A stretch of 42,013 bases of DNA from Candidatus Hydrogenedentota bacterium (GTDB taxonomy: Bacteria; Hydrogenedentota; Hydrogenedentia; Hydrogenedentales; JAEUWI01), in assembly GCA_034669905.1 (NCBI GenBank), contig JAXMOL010000063.1, forward strand, positions 1 through 42,013. The letters are read 5' to 3'. Position numbers and translations under genes: made by a program. The stretch's first letter is position 1, and every line of letters starts with the position of its first letter. The notes beneath the pieces are model-generated. The model was given only the letters and a program-made list of their open reading frames with translations, searched no databases and was not told the origin of the DNA. Shown here piece after piece: positions 37,022 to 42,013 of the stretch.

Positions 37022-38290
37022 TTACTCAACCACCCAGTCGGCTTCCGGGGGCGTGGCGAAATCGGCAAAGCGATCGGCCACGGCCGCCTTCTTCACGTCA
37101 CCGCTGTGCACATAGACGCGGTGCTTGAAGGAGAGGGTTTCCTTGTTCTTGATGAGGTAGTCGCCATTCTCTACGGGGAGCAGGCCCTTGTTGTAGTCCT
37201 TCTCACCAAAGTAGGAATACCCGAAGGGGTTGGCGCCCATGAGGCCATAACCGCGCACGTGCCAGCTCGTGGGGTAGCGCAGGTTGGTCGGGTGGTCAAA
37301 GACCGTCAGACCGCGCCAGCCTACACCGGCCATGTTGCCGGAATAGTCACACCAGGGCGAAGGCTTGCCCCAGGCGGTGCTTTCACCCACATCACCGTGG
37401 GCGTTGGTGATAACCGCGTTGTCATAGGAAAGCTCAGGACGCATCCGGATGGCAACCATGCCGCCTTCCTTCGTGTCGTTGAACATAACGTCACCATAAT
37501 CGGCGCGGAAGGTCACAAACGCATCTACCAGGCGACCCTTTTCCGGCGTCGCATAGAAGCGGTATTCCCGTTCCTCCGTCAAGAGGGGACGGTGGTTCCG
37601 GTCCTGCCAGGTGTTCTTGGCCTTGACCCAGCCATAGGCATCGCCCGAGCCGTAGGTCACTTCACCGCTGTGCTGGAAGCCGGAGTTTTCGCCTTCCGCC
37701 CAGCAGTCCGCCGGTTTGTCTTCGGGCATTTCCTGGCCGACCAGGGTGATTTCGCCATAGGCCGCGTAGAAGGATTTGTGGTGGGGGTGGTCTTTGCCCT
37801 TTTCCCCTTCCATTTCGCCCATGGGCCAATCGCGGGTCACGCCTACCTGGCCTTCCGAATTCACGGGCCAGAGAAAGGGCTTCTTGTTTTCATTGGAATA
37901 GTGGTAGCTGGTGAAATGCACGTCATCGATGAACACATCAATGATGGGCTTGTCCCCCTGCTGCTTCACCTGGACGCGGGGCGCAATGGTGGGGTCTTTG
38001 TCTTCTACCCGCACGGTGTAGGTGTGGGTCGTATTCGGCATGGCACCTTCCGGGATAAAGACGAACTCGCCATCCCGGATGGTCACGGGAAAACGTTTGC
38101 CCGTTTTGCCTTCTTCCACCAGGATGCGGGCATCCAGTTCCGGGCCGCCATAGGGCAGCGTGATAGGGGGATTGAGGACCTTGTAGTCACCCGATTTGAG
38201 GGTAATCTTGGCATCCGCCAGCCCTTCCGCGCCCGTCAGGGACGCAACGGCCAGCAGCATCGCCATGCCACAGTACAATGAGAGACGCAT
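37022..38290 (-). CDS. Secreted DUF6807 / PF14100 ('PmoA-like') family protein
   Basis: KPFLWPV, VTR.WP, DHPHH, DTKEG, WCDYSG, DHPTN, WHVRGYGL..ANPFG. Confidence 0.8.
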   Translation of the reverse strand: MRLSLYCGMAMLLAVASLTGAEGLADAKITLKSGDYKVLNPPITLPYGGPELDARILVEEGKTGKRFPVTIRDGEFVFIPEGAMPNTTHTYTVRVEDKDPTIAPRVQVKQQGDKPIIDVFIDDVHFTSYHYSNENKKPFLWPVNSEGQVGVTRDWPMGEMEGEKGKDHPHHKSFYAAYGEITLVGQEMPEDKPADCWAEGENSGFQHSGEVTYGSGDAYGWVKAKNTWQDRNHRPLLTEEREYRFYATPEKGRLVDAFVTFRADYGDVMFNDTKEGGMVAIRMRPELSYDNAVITNAHGDVGESTAWGKPSPWCDYSGNMAGVGWRGLTVFDHPTNLRYPTSWHVRGYGLMGANPFGYSYFGEKDYNKGLLPVENGDYLIKNKETLSFKHRVYVHSGDVKKAAVADRFADFATPPEADWVVE

Positions 38291-38750
38291 ACTTCTTTTC
38301 CTCCGATTACGGTTGAGACAGCCATGGGGCCATCTGAGAAGGTACTATCCCCGGTCGTGGCGGCGGGTACCCTTTGGGGAACAAGACGCGCCCAGACCCG
38401 CCCTATTCATGCAGAGACCAGGGCAATCGGGTCCCGATGCAGGCGCTCCGGGACCCATCCCGCGTATAAACACGGGCTTTGAACTCTACCATACCCCGGG
38501 TGGGGGTGCAACGTGATGGTGGGATGGGAGGAACCGGAAAACGTAAACCACACCCTTGTGTCATGATGCATCTGGGGCTTGTGCCCTCCAAGCGCACGAA
38601 CTTCATCACACTCGTCCAGACTCGCGGGACGAAGATCGCGCGGCACGACTCCGACGCGACGTCTCTTTATGCGCCTTCCCCCGTGCCACTAGACATCCGC
38701 CGGCTCCAATATGGCATGATGAGCCCACAACCCCAACGGAGACCCGATAC

Positions 38751-39527
38751 ATGGCCTACCCCCGTCTACTCCTATTCCCTGCGTTGCTCCTCCTTCTGGC
38801 CCCGGCGATGGCCCAGACCACGGCGACCGGCTTCCTCGACAAATCGGTCGAGGTCGACGGTAAGGCCCAGCGCTACGCCCTCTATGTGCCCGACAACTAC
38901 GACCCCGCCAAAAAATGGCCCCTCATCGTCTTCCTACACGGCAGCGGTGAACGGGGTGACGACAACCTCCTCCAGACTGAAGTCGGCCTCCCGAGTGCCA
39001 TTCGGCTCCACCGGGACTGGTTTCCCGCCCTGGTGCTCATCCCCCAATGTCCCGACAAGAAATTCTGGGACGTGGCCGTACCCACCATCGAGGCGGCCAT
39101 GGCCCAGACCCAGGCCGAGTACTCGGTAGACGACAAGGCCATCACCCTCACGGGCCTTTCGCTGGGGGGCTATGCCACCTGGATTTGGGGCGCGTTGAAG
39201 ACCGATACCTTTGCGGCCCTCATGCCCGTCTGTGGCGGCGGCGATATTGAACATGTCATGGGCGAGCTCAGCCCGGAAGAGGCGCAGGTCTATGGCACGA
39301 TGGAAGACCGGGTCAAAAAGCTGGCCACCATCCCCATCTGGGCCTTCCACGGGAAAGACGACGACGTGGTGCTCCCGGCACGCTCCCAGGAAATGGTGGA
39401 TCGCGTGAAGAAGGCCGGGGGCGACGTCCGCTATAAAGAATGGAAAGACACGGGCCACAACAGTTGGGACAAGACCTACGGCTACAAGCGCGCCATGGCC
39501 TGGCTCTTGAAGCAACGGAAGAAATAA
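38751..39527 (+). CDS. Secreted alpha/beta hydrolase (predicted esterase/peptidase)
   Basis: PLIVFLHGSGERG, PQCP, TGLSLGG nucleophile elbow, FHGKDD, GHNSW. Confidence 0.9.
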   Translation: MAYPRLLLFPALLLLLAPAMAQTTATGFLDKSVEVDGKAQRYALYVPDNYDPAKKWPLIVFLHGSGERGDDNLLQTEVGLPSAIRLHRDWFPALVLIPQCPDKKFWDVAVPTIEAAMAQTQAEYSVDDKAITLTGLSLGGYATWIWGALKTDTFAALMPVCGGGDIEHVMGELSPEEAQVYGTMEDRVKKLATIPIWAFHGKDDDVVLPARSQEMVDRVKKAGGDVRYKEWKDTGHNSWDKTYGYKRAMAWLLKQRKK

Positions 39528-39539
39528 CGGGCGCGTGTT

Positions 39540-39681
39540 GTGGGACGAGTGAGACAGGTGCGACCCGTGGGACCGCGTTGAGCCTTGTAGTGATCGCTGG
39601 AAGGCACCCCCGCCCACCACGTCCTTGGCAGACGTCCCACGGGGCGCACAAGTCCTACCCGTCCCACGGCCCCGGGTCCCA
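39540..39681. repeat. Facing arrays of 9-bp-period GGGAC / GTCCC repeats
   Basis: gtgggacgagtgagacaggtgcgacccgtgggac ... gtcccacggggcgcacaagtcctacccgtcccac. Confidence 0.75.
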
Positions 39682-39800
39682 AATAGCGGCTCCACCGCTC
39701 CATATGCTATGATCCCCCCTTTCCCTGGTGGCCCCACCGCCCTTCGTGTGCGTGTTTCGTGGCCCCCTACCCCAAAACACAACCTTTCAGGAAGACACCC

Positions 39801-41228
39801 ATGGCCAAGGGCATCACCAAACGTGCCGATGACTACTCCCAGTGGTACATCGATGTAGTTCGCAAGGCTGAAATGGCCGATCACTCTCCCGTCAAAGGGT
39901 GCATGGTGATCAAACCCACCGGCTACGGCATCTGGGAAAAGATCCAGCAGCGCCTCGACCGCATGTTCAAGGAAACGGGCCACGTAAACGCCTACTTCCC
40001 CATGCTGATCCCCGAGAGCTTTCTGAAAAAAGAAGCCGAGCACGTGGAAGGCTTTGCCCCTGAATGCGCCGTCGTGACCCATGGCGGCGGCAAGAAACTC
40101 GAAGAGCCCCTGGTCATCCGGCCCACGTCGGAAACCATCATCTGGGATTCCTACCGCACCTGGATCAATTCCTACCGCGACCTCCCCATTCTGATTAACC
40201 AGTGGGCCAACGTCTGCCGCTGGGAAATGCGCACCCGCCTCTTCCTCCGCACCACCGAGTTCCTCTGGCAGGAGGGCCACACGGCCCACGCCACCCACGA
40301 GGAAGCCGAAGAAGAGACCTATAAGATGGTCCAGATCTACCGCGAATTCGCCGAAGAGTACCTGGCCATGCCCGTGCTCGTCGGCAAGAAAACGGACGCC
40401 GAGAAATTCGCCGGGGCCCTCCACACCTATTGCATCGAAGGGCTCATGCAAGATGGCAAGGCCCTCCAGGCGGGTACTTCCCACCACTTGGGCCAGAATT
40501 TCGCCAAGGCCTTCGACGTGAAGTTCCAGGACAGCGACAAAGAGCTCAAATACGTCCACGCCTCCAGTTGGGGTGTGAGCACCCGGCTCATTGGCGGCAT
40601 GATCATGACCCACAGCGACGACAACGGCCTGGTGATTCCGCCCAAGCTGGCCCCCCTGCCCGTGGTGATTGTGCCCATTTACCGCAACGACGAGCAGCGC
40701 GAACAGGTCATCGCCAAGGCCGAGGAAATGACCGCCGGCTGGGATCCCCTCTTCTTCAAGATCGACAACCGCGACCACTATAAACCCGGCTACAAGTTCA
40801 ACGAGTGGGAGCTCAAGGGCATCCCCCTCCGCATTGAAATTGGACCCCGCGACGTGGAAAGCGGCGAGGTCGTGGTCGCCCGTCGGGACACGAGCGAAAA
40901 GGTCACCCTGCCCATGGAAGGCCTCCTCGAAAAGGTGGAAGCCCTCTTGGAAGACATTCAGGCCAATCTACTCAAAGCGGCCAAAGCGCGGACCGAGGCC
41001 AACACCCACACGGTGGATTCCTACGAGGAATACAAGAAGCGTATCGGCGATGGCGGCTTCTTCCGGGTCTTCCTCGATCACGAAAACCCCAAGGTGGAAG
41101 AACAGCTACAGGCCGACACCCGCTCCACCATCCGCTGCATCCCCTTCGACGCCGAACGGGAAGAAGGCGAATGCATGATCAGCGGCAAGCCCTGCCATTA
41201 CCGCGTGGTGGCTGCCCAGTCCTATTGA
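39801..41228 (+). CDS. proS: Prolyl-tRNA synthetase (archaeal/eukaryote-like type)
   Basis: [55 protein letters not shown]-terminal Tyr; extended -10 TGcTATGAT at 39705. Confidence 0.96.
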   Translation: MAKGITKRADDYSQWYIDVVRKAEMADHSPVKGCMVIKPTGYGIWEKIQQRLDRMFKETGHVNAYFPMLIPESFLKKEAEHVEGFAPECAVVTHGGGKKLEEPLVIRPTSETIIWDSYRTWINSYRDLPILINQWANVCRWEMRTRLFLRTTEFLWQEGHTAHATHEEAEEETYKMVQIYREFAEEYLAMPVLVGKKTDAEKFAGALHTYCIEGLMQDGKALQAGTSHHLGQNFAKAFDVKFQDSDKELKYVHASSWGVSTRLIGGMIMTHSDDNGLVIPPKLAPLPVVIVPIYRNDEQREQVIAKAEEMTAGWDPLFFKIDNRDHYKPGYKFNEWELKGIPLRIEIGPRDVESGEVVVARRDTSEKVTLPMEGLLEKVEALLEDIQANLLKAAKARTEANTHTVDSYEEYKKRIGDGGFFRVFLDHENPKVEEQLQADTRSTIRCIPFDAEREEGECMISGKPCHYRVVAAQSY

Positions 41229-41254
41229 CAGGCCCGCCACTTAATTGGTACACT
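41225..41254 (+). promoter_or_regulatory. Sigma70-type promoter TTGACA-18-TACACT for rpsU
   Basis: Perfect -35 overlapping the proS stop codon; extended TG. Confidence 0.65.
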
Positions 41255-41350
41255 GATAGACCGCGCACGAAGTGTGCGTAAACCGTAACTAACCTATCGT
41301 CACACCATCCGGTGGGGACGAAATCTATCCCGAGGGGAGGTTGAGTATTC

Positions 41351-41536
41351 GTGACGAAAGTTCGCGTCAAATCTGACGAGCCATTTGAAAAGGCACTCCG
41401 TCGCTTCAAAAAGAAGTGCAATAAAGAAGGCCTGATGCAGCGCATCAAGGAAATCAAGCACTTCGAGAAGCCGAGTGAACGTCGTCGCCGCCGCCTGGCG
41501 AAAGCCATGGCCCGCGCCGTCCTCGAAGGTAAATAG
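41351..41536 (+). CDS. rpsU: 30S ribosomal protein S21
   Basis: EPFEKALRRFKKKC...HFEKPSERRRR; GGAGG RBS. Confidence 0.95.
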   Translation: MTKVRVKSDEPFEKALRRFKKKCNKEGLMQRIKEIKHFEKPSERRRRRLAKAMARAVLEGK

Positions 41537-41563
41537 TACCTGTAATACCCGAATATAAATTCC

Positions 41564-41601
41564 CCGAAGGGCTGGAACCGAAAGGTTTCAGCCCTTCGTT
41601 G
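41564..41601 (+). terminator. Strong hairpin after rpsU, probable terminator
   Basis: CGAAGGGCTGGAACC-GAAA-GGTTTCAGCCCTTCG; weak U tail. Confidence 0.6.
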
Positions 41602-41660
41602 TGTCTGGGAGATGGGGTGCAGGGACAACAGGGACTGAAATGCCCCGAAGGCGGTATAGC

Positions 41661-41854
41661 GGGTGCCACCCTTACGCGGAGGAGCGAAGCGGGGGAGCTT
41701 ACGGGTGCAAGTCGGCGAGGCAAACTCGAATTCTGCTTTTCGACAAGGGCTTGGTGTGTGCCCCATTGAAAGCCAACTTCGGGGTGTGGAGACACCCTCA
41801 CATGCCCTCACCCGTAAGCTTGCCGGGAACCGGCTGCGCGTAAGGGTGGCACCC
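41661..41854 (+). repeat. Repeat family C, third copy
   Basis: GGGTGCCACCCTTACGCG...CGCGTAAGGGTGGCACCC. Confidence 0.85.
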
Positions 41855-41891
41855 GCCACACCAATTTCCCTCGTTTTCCCTCTTTATTTAG

Positions 41892-41992
41892 TCCCGAAGG
41901 GACGACATATCGTAGCCCTGGGTGAAGCGAGGCACGAGCGCAACCCAGGGTAAATCGGTGTATAAGCGCTAGAACCCCCGAAGGGGGTGACA
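41892..41992 (+). repeat. Family B-related REP unit
   Basis: gtcccgaagggacgaca...tagccctgggtgaagcgagg.acgagcgcaacccaggg. Confidence 0.75.
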
Positions 41993-42013
41993 CAGGAGGT
42001 ATCGCCGCTCTAC

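Noticed and set aside
37022..38290. Particulate methane monooxygenase
   Set aside because: This is a soluble secreted protein of the misleadingly named PF14100/DUF6807 family; it has no multi-TM PmoA features and no pmoCB neighbours.
21232..40778. Long antisense ORFs (21232-23043, 33345-34865, 36860-38281, 38934-40778 and others)
   Set aside because: Shadows of real genes on the opposite strand caused by GC-rich codon bias; no recognisable motifs.
1..42013. tRNA, rRNA, tmRNA, integrase or transposase genes
   Set aside because: No cloverleaf with T-loop/CCA, no rRNA-like sequence and no recombinase/transposase motifs were recognised by eye.

Overview
GC-rich bacterial chromosomal window. The style of the DUF1559-type protein, the sulfatases and the DUF5011 surface protein suggests a Hydrogenedentota/PVC-like lineage (inference only). 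It mixes housekeeping genes (nagB, rfbB/rfbD, metG, fumC, rsmG, apgM-type phosphoglycerate mutase, cimA, proS, rpsU) with secreted enzymes (two sulfatases, a beta-helix protein, a PHP hydrolase, an esterase), a TolC protein and several regulators. Intergenic spaces are crowded with at least six families of REP/MITE-like palindromic or periodic repeats, but no transposase is in view. Two perfect parS sites at the 3' end of rsmG suggest an origin-proximal location. The top finding is a 530-aa protein (34967-36559) that fuses a degenerate ECF sigma factor, an anti-sigma-like helical domain and a prepilin-type DUF1559/H-X9-DG module. It retains an internal G|F prepilin-peptidase-like site, so it is a candidate sigma factor released by prepilin peptidase. 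Other points of interest: a 1.66-kb structured non-coding block next to parS, an orphan terminator-ended sRNA or small ORF at about 15.9 kb, a decayed parDE pair, a Sel1 pseudogene scrap, and single genes bracketed by matching repeats. All calls come from reading the sequence; no searches were run.
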